NCBI RefSeq assembly: GCF_009914755.1 | Contig: NC_060942.1 | Source of the DNA: the human T2T-CHM13v2.0 reference genome, Homo sapiens | Length of the DNA: 64,000 nt | Reading direction: 5' to 3' (one strand) | In this document: in pieces, positions 15,746 to 30,612 of the stretch | How positions within the stretch are numbered: the first letter of the stretch is position 1 | Layout: every line of letters starts with the position of its first letter | The notes under the pieces: generated by a model | Told to the model about the DNA's origin: nothing | The model's input: only the letters and a program-made list of their open reading frames with translations | Database searches by the model: none | Translations under genes and position numbers: made by a program

Positions 15746-16071
15746 TTTTGTTGTTGTTGTTGTTTTGTCTCGTTCTGTTTTGTTTTTTTGAGACGGAGTC
15801 TCGCTCTGTTGCCCAGGCTGGAGTGCAGTGGTGCAATCTCAGCTCTCTGCAAGCTCCACCTCCAGGGTTCAAGTGACTCTCCTGCCTCAGCCTCCTGAGT
15901 AGCTGGGATTACAGGCGCGTGCCACCATGCCCAGCTAATTTTTGTATTTTTAGTAGAGATGGGGTTTCACCATGTTGGCCAGTCTGGTCTCAAACTCCTC
16001 ACCTCAAGTGATCCACATGCCTCAGCCTCCCAAAGTGTTGGGATTACAGGCATGAGCCACCGTACCTGGCC
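15746..16071 (-). mobile_element. Alu (AluS-like)
   Basis: Full dimer with (TTG)n tail; tatctattt in both flanks. Confidence 0.95.
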
Positions 16072-16635
16072 GTAAGTATCTATTTGTGTTTGTGACTATT
16101 ATACTAAGTTATGAAGTCCAAGAAAGAACTTGGTTATTCTCCTCTGGCAGCTTAGTGAAGGAGTAAAAGCCATAAAATTCACTTAATTAGGCCACGGTGG
16201 ATTCTTTTCATTGTAGAGTCACTATAAAAACAGCCAACAATTATTGGTTCGATGTTGTTCAATGGCCTTCTCTCTCATAAAACATGTGTCTAATAACGGC
16301 AGCTAATGCTAGTACCTATCAGTGTGGAAAGGCATGTTTCTGACTTTACTATTTAATGTGTAATTATAGAACAGGTGCTACAATTTAAGAACTGCGCTGG
16401 GGGCTGAGCTACAACATGAGTCTTGCCAAGGTGCTATTCTCACCAAGGTGGCCACTAGTGTAAACACAGACAAATAGACCAGCAATGACAATATAGCTCA
16501 GGGATGCCACACCCCTAGGCCCACATCTGTCCTGCTTCTCACCTGCTCAAGGTGACAGGACTAAGGAATCCTAACACACCTTTGCTGCCGTGGCTGGACA
16601 TCACTTCAGAATCCAGCTCGTCAAAAGCCTCTCAG

Positions 16636-16800
16636 CCAGGGATTCTCAATCTGGAGCAGGCATCAGAATCACCTGGAAGTTTTATTAGGACACTGATTGC
16701 TGGGTCTTAACCCCAGAGCTTCTGAGTCAGTGACTCTAGAGTGCAGCCCCCAGTCATGCTGATGTTGCTGGTCCAGGGACCATACTTTGAAAACCAGTGT
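16636..16800. mobile_element. MER5A-like hAT MITE
   Basis: cagggattctcaa...catcagaatcacctgga...ctgatgttgctggtccagggaccatactttgaaaaccagtg. Confidence 0.75.
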
Positions 16801-16975
16801 CTAGGCAACCACCACTGATCAAGCCACATCTGATATAAAAGCTAGCTACCATCTCCGAGATGGTACCACCTATGCTAAGATGAGAATGTACAGGGAACCA
16901 CTAGAACAAAGGAAGAGTCCCTCACTTTGGTCTGGGAAAGACAAGGAATCAGGAAATCTTCCAGGAGGAGGTAGC

Positions 16976-17046
16976 ACCTCAAGTGATCCACCCATCTCGG
17001 CCTCCCAAAGTGCTGGGATTACAGGCGTGAGCCACTGTGCCCAGCC
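16976..17046 (-). mobile_element. Alu 5'-end fragment (~70 bp)
   Basis: acctcaagtgatccaccc...gagccactgtgcccagcc; rest of the Alu is absent. Confidence 0.9.
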
Positions 17047-17626
17047 AAGCCCCTTTATTTCAAAAACACAATGTGTTCTTCCAATGGTTCATGAAAACTA
17101 GAAACACAAAAAAATGTTAAAGGGTGTTTTTAAAAATTAAGGTTTGCTTGAAAGAGATACTCTTATCTTTTTTACGTCTAGTAAGGGGTATTGAAATACA
17201 GCAGATATGGAGAACAACATCGACTTGGAACAGAAGAATGACCCCTAACAACTTAGAGCTTAGACAAATTTGAGAGTTTACAAAGACTGCCAGACAGGAT
17301 GTTATGTTAGAAATACATTTAAGCGATATTAAAATAAGTATTCAAATACAAAATTTTGAAGACAGGAAACTTCATAATATTCATGTTAAATTCTCAGGAT
17401 CCTCTGGACCGGAAATCATTGTATAATGCCTAAGATATCGTGGCAAACAAAATTTTACAAGCAAATAAAATGTACTTTAGTTCTCACAACGGTCACCAAT
17501 CTTTATATACCCTTAGTCCTCTGCCAAGTGCAATTAAAGCCACTTTATGCTTACTGATTTCCTTATGACACACACACAAGAACCTAAAAGACAACATAAA
17601 TTCGTCTGATAAAAAGTGAGCCTAAA

Positions 17627-17834
17627 AGCTCCATCTAGAGCACTGCGAGAGGAGCTCCATCTAGAGCACTGCGGGAGGAGCTCCATCTAGAACACTGCGG
17701 GAGGAGCTCCATCTAGAACACTGCGGGAGGAGCTCCATCTAGAACACTGCGGGAGGAGCTCCATCTAGAACAATGCGGGTGGAGCTCCATCTAGGACACT
17801 GTGGGTGGAGCTCCATCTAGAACACTGTGGGTGG
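17627..17834. repeat. Minisatellite, 8 x 26 bp (agctccatctagaacactgcgggagg)
   Basis: Units start at 17627, 17653, 17679, 17705, 17731, 17757, 17783 and 17809, with no spacers. Confidence 0.97.
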
Positions 17835-18176
17835 GGAGTGTTGGCTCCGCTATACCATTTCCTCTTGTAATTTTGGCTTCTTTGTCATGAGCTTCTTTTT
17901 CAAAGTTGGCTTTTAGAGCCCATTGGTTACTGATATTTACTGATTTTCAGTTTTTAAAAAGTCTATTCCTTTAAAAATGCTCTAAAGTTTGTCAAACCTC
18001 AGGGGTTAGATACCTTTTTGAATGTCAGTAGTTTTTCTGAAGGTTTAACATCTATCAAAATAGAGAAAAAACACCTTTAAAATAAATAGGCCTCATTTAA
18101 AATTTTATACATCTTCTAAAGGGACCTATATAGTATCCATTGTGTAGACATGACAGTACTGGATAAAAGTGAATAT

Positions 18177-18310
18177 TAGTCCCAGCCACTTGGGAGGCTG
18201 AGGCGGGAGGATCCCTTGAGCCCAGGAGTTTGAGGCTGCAGTGAGCCATAATTTGACACTGCACTCCAGCCTGGGCAACAGAGCGAGATCCATCTATAAA
18301 ACAAGACAAA
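18177..18310 (+). mobile_element. Alu right-arm/FRAM fragment
   Basis: tagtcccagc...gcaacagagcgaga. Confidence 0.9.
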
Positions 18311-18549
18311 CTGAATACGGAATGAACAAAATAAAACCTATTGTCTATCCCTGCTACTGAAACACATATATTTTATTGTCATCTGGACCTACAAAGCTTG
18401 AAATGATTTACAACCTGTACATTTTAAAAATTGGAAGCTTATGACAAATGAGATCACAGAGAGGCATGGAATTACAATGAGAGGGTATCCTATAAAACAT
18501 CAGGTCCATCATTTGAAGCACGAAAAAATCGGAGCTTAGAAAATTAACT

Positions 18550-18850
<301 letters not shown>

Positions 18851-19336
18851 AAGAAAATTAACTGCTCATCACTGAACTGAAAGTTAGGAAAAGAGTACCC
18901 TAACCCAGTTCCTGGCACCACCCACTCCCCCAAACCCTGCTTCCCTTGTGTTTCTCATCTGTCCCATGGGGATAATTCCTGTCTTGCCAACTCCCAAATG
19001 AGGAGATTTTAAAACTATAAAGTGCTTTAAAAATGTAAAGAATTGCTATTATTAGCTGAGGTCAGCCAGCCCATTCAGTGACTCACCAGAGCTGACATCT
19101 CCTGGGCTTGTTTCCCAAAACCAGGCTGCTGTTTATTACAAATCATAGATATTAAAGATGGAAAAAATATCACAACACAGCCCTTTTAGGAGAATAGGAA
19201 AATAAATCCTCCTTCCACTCCCACCCCCAAATAAAACAAAATGCTTGGCAGATCCAGGAGTTTCTATAAGGAGCTTGAATATACAGGAAGTCCACAAATT
19301 ACAAATGATTTTGTGTTCCAAGAGTTCATTTCTGGG

Positions 19337-19526
19337 TGGGTTACCAGATGAAATATAGGACACAGAGTTATATCTGACATTAACATAAAGAACACATCAT
19401 TTTTAGTGTAAGTCAGTCCCAAACATTGCATAGGACACACTTATACTAAAAAAAATTACTCATCATTTATCTGAGATTCAAACTGAACTGTGTCCTGTAT
19501 TTTTATTTGTTAAATTTGGCAACCCT
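19337..19526. mobile_element. MER53 palindromic hAT MITE
   Basis: gggttaccagat...tttttagtgtaagt..gtccca..tgcataggacacacttatactaaaaaa...tttggcaaccct, internal palindrome. Confidence 0.85.
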
Positions 19527-20948
19527 ATCTCTGAGTCATTTGGATCGATTTTCCAACCTTCGGCTGTGAGGTCTCGGAAAGAACCCTCGCCTTGTGAGTC
19601 TGGAAACACGACTGCAATTTCTGGTTTTGTCAATTACTAGTTCTGAGACTTCAGGCAAGTTATAATTCCTTTGCTTGCAAAAAGAGACCAGGAAATTAAT
19701 ACACCACGGGACTAAGTGGGTCAATATAACATGTGGAAATACAGTACATTGAGCACAAAAGCAGCACCACTTTGTTATACTACCCTACACACATGAAAAG
19801 AGTGATTTGGTTTTTAAGTCAGGCCACACAAGCCAATTTTAAAAGTCGGTTTTCCACAAGAAATTCCCTGGCTTTAGCAAGTTCCTATACCATACAAAGC
19901 GCCCCTTTCCCACATCTGAGAACGTTTTGAGCCATGTATGGTGGTCTTGTCCACTAGGCAACCCTGTATCAGCCCTCCACCCTGTCATCTTTGTCCATAA
20001 AGCACGGCTTGTGACTTTGCACAAATGCTTTTTTTTGCTCACATGTACATACTTTGTTGCCAAAAAATAGTGGATTATTTTACATAAATTAGTGCAAACT
20101 AAAAGGCTGATACCAATGATAGGAAGCACTGGCTTCCGAAGCGTTTCCAGCATCCCCAAACAGCTCCTTAAACCCAATCCTATGTTGCAATTCCCAAAAC
20201 TGTGTCTCCAACCTAGACTTCTGAATCACCAATGCTTGACCCCCGACCACACCTAGGTGTCCCAGCAACTCAAACTAAACATGATCAAAGCTACATTCAT
20301 CTTCTAAAACTACTCCTTGGTCTCAGTGATGCCATCACCTTTAGTCGCTTATGTTAGAAATTTGAGAATTGTCAACAATTCTCTTCTTTTACATCTTCAA
20401 ATCCAACCCATCACCAAGACCAGGATTCCCCTTGTGAAGTGCGGCTCCTACCTTCCAGTTCTCATCCCCACTCCCATCATCGGGCCCAAACCCCCATCCT
20501 CTCTCTCTCATGGACACTGCAGCAGCCTCCCAGATTTCCTCTCCTTGCTTCTGGCCTCATTCCCTGCCCCCACCCCCATCCCCCACCAACAACCAACCCA
20601 TTCCCCATATCGCAGTCTCTGGATTATCAAACAAAACCAGGAATCAAATCACATCACGCCGCTGCTTAAAAATGTTAGTGACTTCCTATCAGGTTCTCTG
20701 CAGTTTGGTGCCTGCCTCCCTTATCCCATGGTAGCCCCAGCATCATGTCACACCCAGTATTCTGGCCTCTCACAATTCCTAGAGCACAGCACTAAGCTCT
20801 CACCCACCCCAGGGCCTTTGCACATGCGGTTCCCATTGACTGGACCACTCTTCCCCTGACTGGTACTTTCTTATCCTCTAGGTCTCAACTTAAGTATAAC
20901 CTCCTTCAAGAGACCCCACTCCCTGGGCCATTTTTTAAATTATGGTAA

Positions 20949-21302
<354 letters not shown>

Positions 21303-21593
21303 TGATATTAAGTGCATCCACATGATTCTGCAATTGCTACCACCACCCATCCCTAGAAATTTTTCATCTTCCCAAACTGAAACTCAGGGTCCATTAAAAA
21401 CTAACTCTCCATTCCCCACTGGCTCCAGCCCCTGGCAACCACTGCTCAGTTTTCTGTCTCTGAACTTGACTATTCTGGGCACTTCATATAAGTGGAATCA
21501 CAAAATATTTGTTTGTCCTTTTGCATCTCATTTATTTCATTTAGCATAATGTCTTCAAAGTTCATCCATGTAGCATGTATTAAAATTTCCTTC

Positions 21594-21602
21594 CTTTTTT
21601 CT

Positions 21603-21635
<33 letters not shown>

Positions 21636-21908
21636 AGGCAGAGTTTCACTCTGCTGTCCATGGTGGAGTGCAGTGGTACAATTTTGGCTCACTGTAAACT
21701 CCGCCTCCTGAGTTCAAGCGATTCTTGTGTCATAGCCTCCCGAGTAGCTAGGATTACAGGTGCCCACCACTGCACCTTTTTGTATTTTTAGTAGAGACGG
21801 GGGTTCACCATGTTGGCCAGGCTGGTCTTGAACTTCCGGCCTCAAGTTATCCCCCAGCCTCGGCCTCCCAAAATGCTGGGATTACAGGCATAAGCCACCG
21901 TGCTCAGC
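21594..21908 (-). mobile_element. Alu (AluS-like)
   Basis: Dimer; TSD aaaatttccttcctt. Confidence 0.95.
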
Positions 21909-22569
21909 GAAAATTTCCTTCCTTCGTAAGGCTGAGAAACATCCTAATCATATGGGTACACCAATTTTGTTTATTCATTCATTCGTCGGTGGATGCCTGG
22001 GTTACTCCTAGGCCATTTTAAAGTAGGTCTTCATTATTCTCTTAGAAATATCTTATTTTTCTTTAAGGCCTTTATCACAGATTATAATTCTAATATCAAG
22101 TTGTTTCATATCTCTTTTGTTCAATATTTTGTTTAGTCTCTATCTCTCATCACACTCTCAACAACCCCATAAGCTCCCTGAGGGGAAGGGCATGTCTGCT
22201 TTGCTCCTCACTGTGTTTACTGCCAGCACCTGGCAACGTAGTGGGTATTTAATAAGTAATTGTTGAATCACTGAATGAAAGAAAATCACTAGGCCACCTG
22301 AAGGCCCCTTGTCTTTAGAGTCACTGTGGACCATGTAATCAATTGTGAAGGTGAGCCAATGCATACTTACATCCACACACACATATTTGTAGCTCTCTGG
22401 GCACAAAACATTCCTTTTATAACATGTCAGTCTATTTGCAACTAGCACACATTTCCATGGCCTGTGCTTTTTTTGAAGGATGTATTACGTGCACCAGTAG
22501 CTAGTGTGTTTGGCAATATAAAGAAATTAAGTATTGACAAATAATACAATAAGGATGAAATTTTATTAA

Positions 22570-22713
22570 TTTTTTTTTTTTACAATTAAAAAGAATTGAG
22601 ACAGGGTCTTGCCACGTTGCCCAGGCTGTTCTCGAACTCCTGAGCTCAAGTAATCTGCCCACCTCAGCCTCCCAAAGCGCTGGGATTACAGGTGTGAGCC
22701 ACCACACCCGACC
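22570..22713 (-). mobile_element. FLAM / Alu left monomer
   Basis: Single monomer with tail. Confidence 0.88.
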
Positions 22714-22714
22714 G

Positions 22715-23050
22715 TAATATACATGAAAAACATCATGCTAAGTGTAAAAAGATGATCACAAAAGACCACATATCATACGATTCCATTTACATAAAATGCC
22801 CGGAATCGGCAAACCCACAGAAGCAGAGGGTAGATGAGAGGCTGCCAGGGGCTGCGGGGACAAGGCGATAAACCAGGCAGAGCTAAAAGGTACAGGATTT
22901 CTGTTAGGGGTGATGAAAAGGTTCTGACGTAGATTGTGGCAACAGTTGCACAGCTATGTAAATATACTAAGAACCATTGAATTGTATATTTTAAAAGGCT
23001 GAACTGTATGGTACATGACTTAGATCTCAATATAGTTGTTTAAAACAAAA
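22715..23050 (+). mobile_element. L1M 3' fragment
   Basis: catcatgctaagtg, gattccatttacataaaat, ggggtgatgaaaaggttctg. Confidence 0.8.
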
Positions 23051-24866
23051 AAATCCATGTGTATGGAGATGGGGAGTGGCTGGAAAAAGCTTAACCTCCC
23101 AATTAGGCAAAAGACAAACAGGATAGGGAGGGGGACTAGGGGCTTGTGAGTGGCAATAGCTGCAGCAGCAGCCCTGGCAGGACAGCCTGTGGGTTACAGA
23201 CCGCCCTCCTGTCAATGAAGTCAAGTCCTCTGCTTCCTGAAAACCGCCTCTTTTTTCTAACAATGTTCTTTCCCCCAAACTAGGAAGACAGGCTGATGGT
23301 AAACACAAAGTTCTCTGAACCAAAGCCTTATATGTATGTTTCTGAGGAGGCTCTTTATAACCTAGTTGCAAGCAATCTGAACACAGCCCAGCGAATTTCC
23401 AGCTTTTGAAACTCAGATTTCCTTTTGCGACCCAGGTTCTGCTGAGAAAGTTATCTTTGGCTCCTCTCTCTCTCACACCCCACATCCCATCTGTTCGGAA
23501 GTCCTGTTGGCATTTCGATCTATCAAAATAAAAGTTGCACGTATGCCTGTGTCCGATCCCATTCTCTCTGTGTCCTTTCTCCTCTGTCTTTCTCAAGAAT
23601 CTGACATCTCAGCCCCACAGCTACCATCCTGGCGGACACTACCACCCTGGGAAAAGCTTCCACCCTCACTTGCCTGGCTTTGCCTCCTGCTTGAACTCCC
23701 GGATTGGGAGCCTTCTGCCTGGACTGGTCTTCACACAGATCACACCACTCCAAGGAGCAATGTCCTGCACTGAGCCATCTTCCAAGAAATCAAAGCCAAA
23801 GTCTTTACATAGCCTGGCAAGCCCTGCAAGACCTGGCTCCCCTTCCTCTCTGCCCTTACCTCCTTCTTCTCCTTCCCTCCCCCACTTACTCTTTGGAGGA
23901 ACAGCTAGATAAGCCAAGCACTCTTACCCTAGGGCTTCTGCAGCAAGTTATCTGTCCCCTCTGCCTGGGACACTCTTTCCCCAAAACTTCCTGTGCCACC
24001 CTCTCTCCTCCTGAGTGTTTGCTCAAATATGACCTTCTCAAGGAGGTTCCACTGGCCACTCTATTTACAATGGCAGCTTGCACCCTTGCCCTCCCATTCT
24101 CTCGGTCCCAGTGACCTCAAAGATTCAGGGCATGTTAGCTGCTACTTACATCACCATTCACAGCCTAAGGTTCTCAAATTGACTTTTAAGAATTTTCATG
24201 TTGTTCTACAGAAGGAGAGAAAGCCTAAGACTGATAACAAAAGTCTAAATGCTCTTAATGCAGCTGAACTAGACAAATAAAGTATCAGATCGCCAAGAGA
24301 TTAACCATGTTAACCCCAGTATTCTTTTTGTGGCTGTGGTTGGCATTAAATAGGAAAGTGGGTGGACACGTAGGGATAGTAGTATTTTTGGTTGGCTTCA
24401 AGCTTTGATGAGTTTTTGTGTGTTTTGTTTTGTTTTACTTTAAAAACCTGCTTTTTAAACACGTAAATCCTTATTTGGCTAATTTTCAGGGCACAGTGTG
24501 AGTATAAACTCATATGAGAGTCTATTGTTCTCTAGAAACTACAGATTAAGGTGTCTTTAACAGACTGATGTCTAATTATTACATAAAGGCATCTGATTTT
24601 TATACCAGGACACCTATAAGCACATTATTATAGAGGTGGAACATTTGATAACTCTGCCATGCTACAGTCTGTAACTGACCTTTTGCCTTGCCATGGATTC
24701 TACCCTAAGGGGAAAAACAACCTGACATTAAAAAAAAAAAAAAAAAAAAAAGTCAATTCTATGGAATGTCATCTCTGGAAGGTGGCTGTGGTTAGCAGAG
24801 ATGGCCAGATAGTAGGGCCACAACCCTGGGGCTTTTACACCCACCCTGACACAGAGGAAAGAGTCA

Positions 24867-25157
<291 letters not shown>

Positions 25158-25309
25158 TCAACAACACCCTCCTCCCACATTCCCTGCATTCTTATTTCCA
25201 TGCTACTCTGGAGGAAAGCATGGTAATAAATACTATAATACGTGGCCCTGCCCATCTTATTTATGAAGGATACATTTTACCAAACTGAATAAGGGGGGCT
25301 CAAAAACTG

Positions 25310-26135
25310 ACATGAACAAACAGATATGTGTATGCCCAGGTCCATGGCAGCATTAGTCACAATAGCCAGAGGTGGGCCAGGCGTGGTGACTCACACCTGT
25401 CATCTCAACACTAGGAGGCCAAGGCAGGAGGCTAGCTTGAGCCCTGGAGTTCAGCCTGGGCGACATATCGAGACACACAGACACACACACACACATTTTT
25501 TTTTTTCTTTTATTAGCTGGGTGTGGTGGTGAGTGCCTGTAGTCCCAGACATTTGGGAGGCTGAAGCGGGAGGATGGCTTGAGCCCAGGAGTTCAAAGCT
25601 GCAGTAAGCTATGATCACTCCAGCCTGGGCAACAGAGTGAGACCTTGTCTTAAAAAAAATTTTTTTAATTGAAAAAATTACAGTAGCCAGAGGTGAAAAC
25701 TACCCAAATATCTATCACAGATGAATGGGTAAACAAAATGTGGTATGTGCATACAATGGAATATTATTCAGCCCTAAAAAAGGAAGGAAATTCTGACTTG
25801 TGCTACAACATAGATGAACCTTAAGGACATTACACTAGTGAAATAAGCTAGTCATAAAAGGGCAAATATTGCATGATTCCACTTAACCTGAGGTACTGTA
25901 GAATAGTCAAATTCATGGAGAAAGCAGAATAGAGGTTACAGGGACCAGGAAATAGGAAGAAGGGGGTAGTTACTCTTTCATAGGCATAGTTTCTATTTGA
26001 GATGATAAAAAGTTCTGAAGGTGGATGGTGGTGATGGTTGCACAACAATGTGAATGTACCTAATGCCACTGAACTGTGCACTGAAAAAGGATCAAGATGG
26101 TCAATGTTATGTATATTTTACATTTAGAAAAAAAA
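25310..26135 (+). mobile_element. L1MB-type 3' end
   Basis: gatgaatgggtaaacaaaatgtggtat...acaatggaatattattcagcc...ggatggtggtgatggttgcacaacaatgtgaatgtac. Confidence 0.88.
25375..25660 (+). mobile_element. Alu (AluJ-like) with (CA)n/poly-T linker
   Basis: TSD aca(a/g)tagccagaggtg. Confidence 0.92.
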
Positions 26136-26137
26136 AA

Positions 26138-26430
<293 letters not shown>

Positions 26431-26612
26431 ATTTAAAAACTCCCATGAAATAAACTTCTACACCAAGAAGACAAGATCATAAGGAACCTCTCCTCCTCTC
26501 AAAGTTGTACTGGTACAAATCAGAGCACAGATTTTCTTTTAATTCTTACAATCTTTGTAGCCTGATGAACTTCACACACTTAGAGTCCTTACTGTAACAA
26601 AAGTTCTGGAGG

Positions 26613-26758
26613 TTGCTGGGTGCAGTGGCACATGCCTGTATTCCCAACTACTCGGGAGACTAAGGCGAGAATCACTTGAGCTTAGGAGTTCGAGACCAGC
26701 CTGGGTAATATCTTGAGACCCTGCCTCTAAATGAAAAAAACAAAAACAACAACAAAAA
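26613..26758 (+). mobile_element. FLAM_A-like monomer
   Basis: Monomer with tail; ctggaggtt in both flanks. Confidence 0.85.
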
Positions 26759-26889
26759 ACTGGAGGTTGATACAGCAGCTACTAGTGCCTGACTTAGAGG
26801 ACTCACACTTTAATTTTTCAATATAAAGATAGGGGCATTATTTCCCAGCATGAAATGTACAAAACCTACCCATCTCCCCAAGTGAGTAA

Positions 26890-27185
<296 letters not shown>

Positions 27186-27946
27186 CTATGTTCTTATAGA
27201 AAATGTTAAGTGTTCCTTCTGGATCTACAGATCATGCACAGAAATCTCAGAGGATCATGTCAGTAACTCACTAAGTTCCAGGAAGAGAAAATAAGGATGT
27301 GTACATGAATCACACCACACTCTATAAAATAAATAGTGCATCCAATCCATGGAAGCTTCCCTGAACAGCAAGAATATACATTCTGATACTAAGTGAAGGA
27401 CAGTATTTGGTGCCTGAGGGTTTCCAAAGAGGATTTTCTAGTGCAACTCAATTTCAATAAAGGTTAGAAAACTGTTTTCAAAAGCCACCTGCACTAAATC
27501 AAACAAACCGCAACTCCAGTAGAACAAAAGCCACTCAGCAGCAAAGTAACAAAGCCATAAATGACAGCCCTGTCAATAAAGACCAAGCTACTAGCCAAAG
27601 GTCAGGCTCCACAGTACTCATTGCAGAAGTGCCAGGCTTCTCAATCACGCTGTGGGGGATGGTGGCCTTCGCCACTGAAAGGCTGCCCAGGAACAGAGGT
27701 GACCCTCCCCTCCAGGAGTCAATGTCAGACTGAGAGCTGGTTTCCCACTCCATCCCCACCACAGCTTCCAGGCCCATTTGTCACCTATTAAATGCAAATA
27801 TACTAGATTGAAAGACTGATAAAGAACACAGATCTTCAGAGTGGAAGTGGCCTGGGCTATCCCCCAGGACCTAAAGAAACCATCCCTCCATGCAAAGAGG
27901 GACAAGGTCCCAAGCAGGAAGAGAGCAGACACCTGATCTGCTTTCT

Positions 27947-28255
27947 TTCTTTCTTTTTTTTTTTTTTTTTTTTTTTTTGAGATGGAGTCTCACTCTGTCG
28001 CCCAGGCTGGAGTACAATGGCAAGGTCTCAGCTCACTACAACCTCACCTCCCAGGCTCAAGCAATTCTCCTGCCTCAGCCTCCTGAGTAGCTGGGACTAC
28101 GGGCGCATGCCACCACACCTGGCTAATTTTTGTATTTTTAATAAAGATGAGGTTTCACTATGTGGGCAGGCTGGTCTTGAACTCCTGATCTCGTGATCCA
28201 CCCGCCTTGGTTTCCCAAAGTGTTGGGATTACAGGCATGAGCCACCACGCCAGGC
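27947..28255 (-). mobile_element. Alu (AluS-like)
   Basis: TSD ctgatctgctttct. Confidence 0.95.
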
Positions 28256-28545
28256 CTCTGATCTGCTTTCTCACCAAAGAAGAAACCCAACTCAGGCCCT
28301 CTGTGAACCCCACAGACTTCCATGAAGCAGAGAGGTAATTCCCCCAGCATAGTCTAAAGATGAATGAATGAAAGGAGCTATACCAAGGTTCTCTGTCATT
28401 AGCAACGCCTACCCAGGATCCACAACTAAGAAAACCACACAGGGAGCAATGAGCCTTTCAAGAAGCCACAGGGTTCAGAAACTGTTGAGTTTTAAACAGG
28501 TAGTAATTAAAAAACAAAACAAACAAACAAAAAAACCAGGAGTGT

Positions 28546-28868
28546 GGGTCAGAAATGGTGGTTCACACCTATAATCCCAGCATATTGGGAGGCCCAGGCA
28601 GGAGAACTGCTTGAGCCTAAGCGTTCAGGAGAAGCCTGGGCAACATAGTGAGACCCTGTCTCTACAAAAAAAAAAAATAGAAAAAAGAAAAAAAGAAAAA
28701 AAATAGCTGGGTACTATGGCACACCTGTGGTCCCAGCCACTTGAGAGCCTGAGGTGGGAGAATCACCTGAGCCCAAGAGGTCAAGGTTGCAGCAAGCCAT
28801 GTTCATGCCTCTCCCCTCCAGCCTGGGTGACAGAGCAAGACCCTGTCTAAAATAAATAAATAAATAAA
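28546..28868 (+). mobile_element. Alu (AluJ-like)
   Basis: Dimer with expanded A linker and (TAAA)n tail. Confidence 0.93.
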
Positions 28869-29269
28869 GTTAAAAATAGAAAAACAGGAGCGTGGAGGAT
28901 GAGGGAGAGAAAAGACCAACTGATGTGATGGGTAAAGGGGGCTCAGGAGCATTCCATGGGCTTCTACTGTGCAGGAAGAGGTAGCAGGTGAGACAGCAAC
29001 CAGGCCCCCTCACGAGTTCTCCTGCAAGGTTAAGAGGCAAATGAGCACTCTGGTCCTCTGAGCCACCAGGGCTTAAGAACAACAGTGTAGATCGGAGACT
29101 TAGAACCTTGCCCCTGCTCTGGGGATCTCTATCTTTCCAGTGCCTGGTGCAAATGGGCACTGATGTTTGCTAAATAAATACTAACTTGTAGAATGATTCC
29201 TGTTTCCTACATAGCCCAGGAGAAAGGCAATGGCTGGGTGAGTGATATTTACAAAGTCATAGCAACAAC

Positions 29270-29500
29270 ACAACAATGTATTAACGACTACCTTTTACTG
29301 AACTGTGTGCTAAGTCCTCTACCTAAGCTATCTCATTTGGAACTCATCACACAGCCTTGTGAGGCCATACTATTATTATCCCATTTACAGATGAGGAAAC
29401 TGAAGCCTAGAGAGGCAAGGTAACTTGCCCTAGGTTATGCACCTAGGAAGCTATGAGGCCTGCGTTCCAACCGAGGTCAAAAGACTCCAAGGCTGGCAAC
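29270..29500 (-). mobile_element. MIR
   Basis: attatcccatttacagatgaggaaactgaagcctagagagg..aacttgccc core. Confidence 0.85.
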
Positions 29501-29682
29501 CTCTGTTTCACAGCTGCCTCTGGACTGCTTGCAGGGACCAGTTATGAAACATATTTCTCATTGTGGAAGGGTTGGGCAACAATTTATTTAAAAGTGCAGT
29601 GCATTTATAAGTATCAAGGAAAGTACCAATATGGCCTTAAAGATTCAGATGATAAAAAGTTATCTGTTTTTTAAGAAAATGA

Positions 29683-29975
29683 GGCCGGGTGCGGTGGCTC
29701 ACGCCTATAATCCCAGCACTTTGGGAGGCCACTTTGGTGGATTGCTTGAGGCCAGGAGTTTGAGACTAGCCTGGCCAACATGGTGAAACCCGTCTCTACT
29801 AAAAATACAAAAATTAGCTGAGCATGGTGGCACACGCCTGTGATCTCAGTTACTCGGGAGGCTGAGACACGAGAATTGCTTGAACCAGCGAAGAGGAGGT
29901 TGCAGTGAGATTACACCACTTGCACTCCAGTCTGGGCGACAGAGCAAGACTCTGTCTCAAAAAAAAAAAAAAAAA
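29683..29975 (+). mobile_element. Alu (AluS-like)
   Basis: TSD aagaaaatgag. Confidence 0.95.
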
Positions 29976-30439
29976 AGAAAATGAGAAACAAGACTAATAT
30001 ATACATATACACACGTATATAGACATGCTCATATCTATATACATACATGCACATATATATGCTTTCAGAATCTTCCTAAACAATACCAGGTCTTCAGTGA
30101 TAGAGGACCTCAAAAGATCTTAGATTAGGTATTACTTTTAGCTGGGCATGGGAATGGGGATTCAGGAGTAACTTGGTTAACAAAATGAAAAATATAACCT
30201 GTCTTCTTTTTATGGTATTAACACTCTTCTGGCAGCAAATTAATTTTTTACTTAATAAGAAACAAAAAACCTACAGGCATGAATACAATTAATCTAACTG
30301 AATGTCAACAGACCTGAAAACTCACAAGATACCTAAAGACACCACTAAGAAAAACTTTCCAGGAGACTAAACTAGAACCAAGTGTACAAATAAACTCTAA
30401 AATTAAGTGCTTAAGCAATTTAAAAGGCATCTCTTTTTA

Positions 30440-30612
<173 letters not shown>

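Noticed and set aside
16847-16865. 9-bp-arm inverted repeat taccatctc-c-gagatggta
   Set aside because: About the size expected by chance once in 64 kb
17627-17834. CRISPR-like array
   Set aside because: Units are contiguous with no unique spacers, there are no cas genes, and the context is eukaryotic
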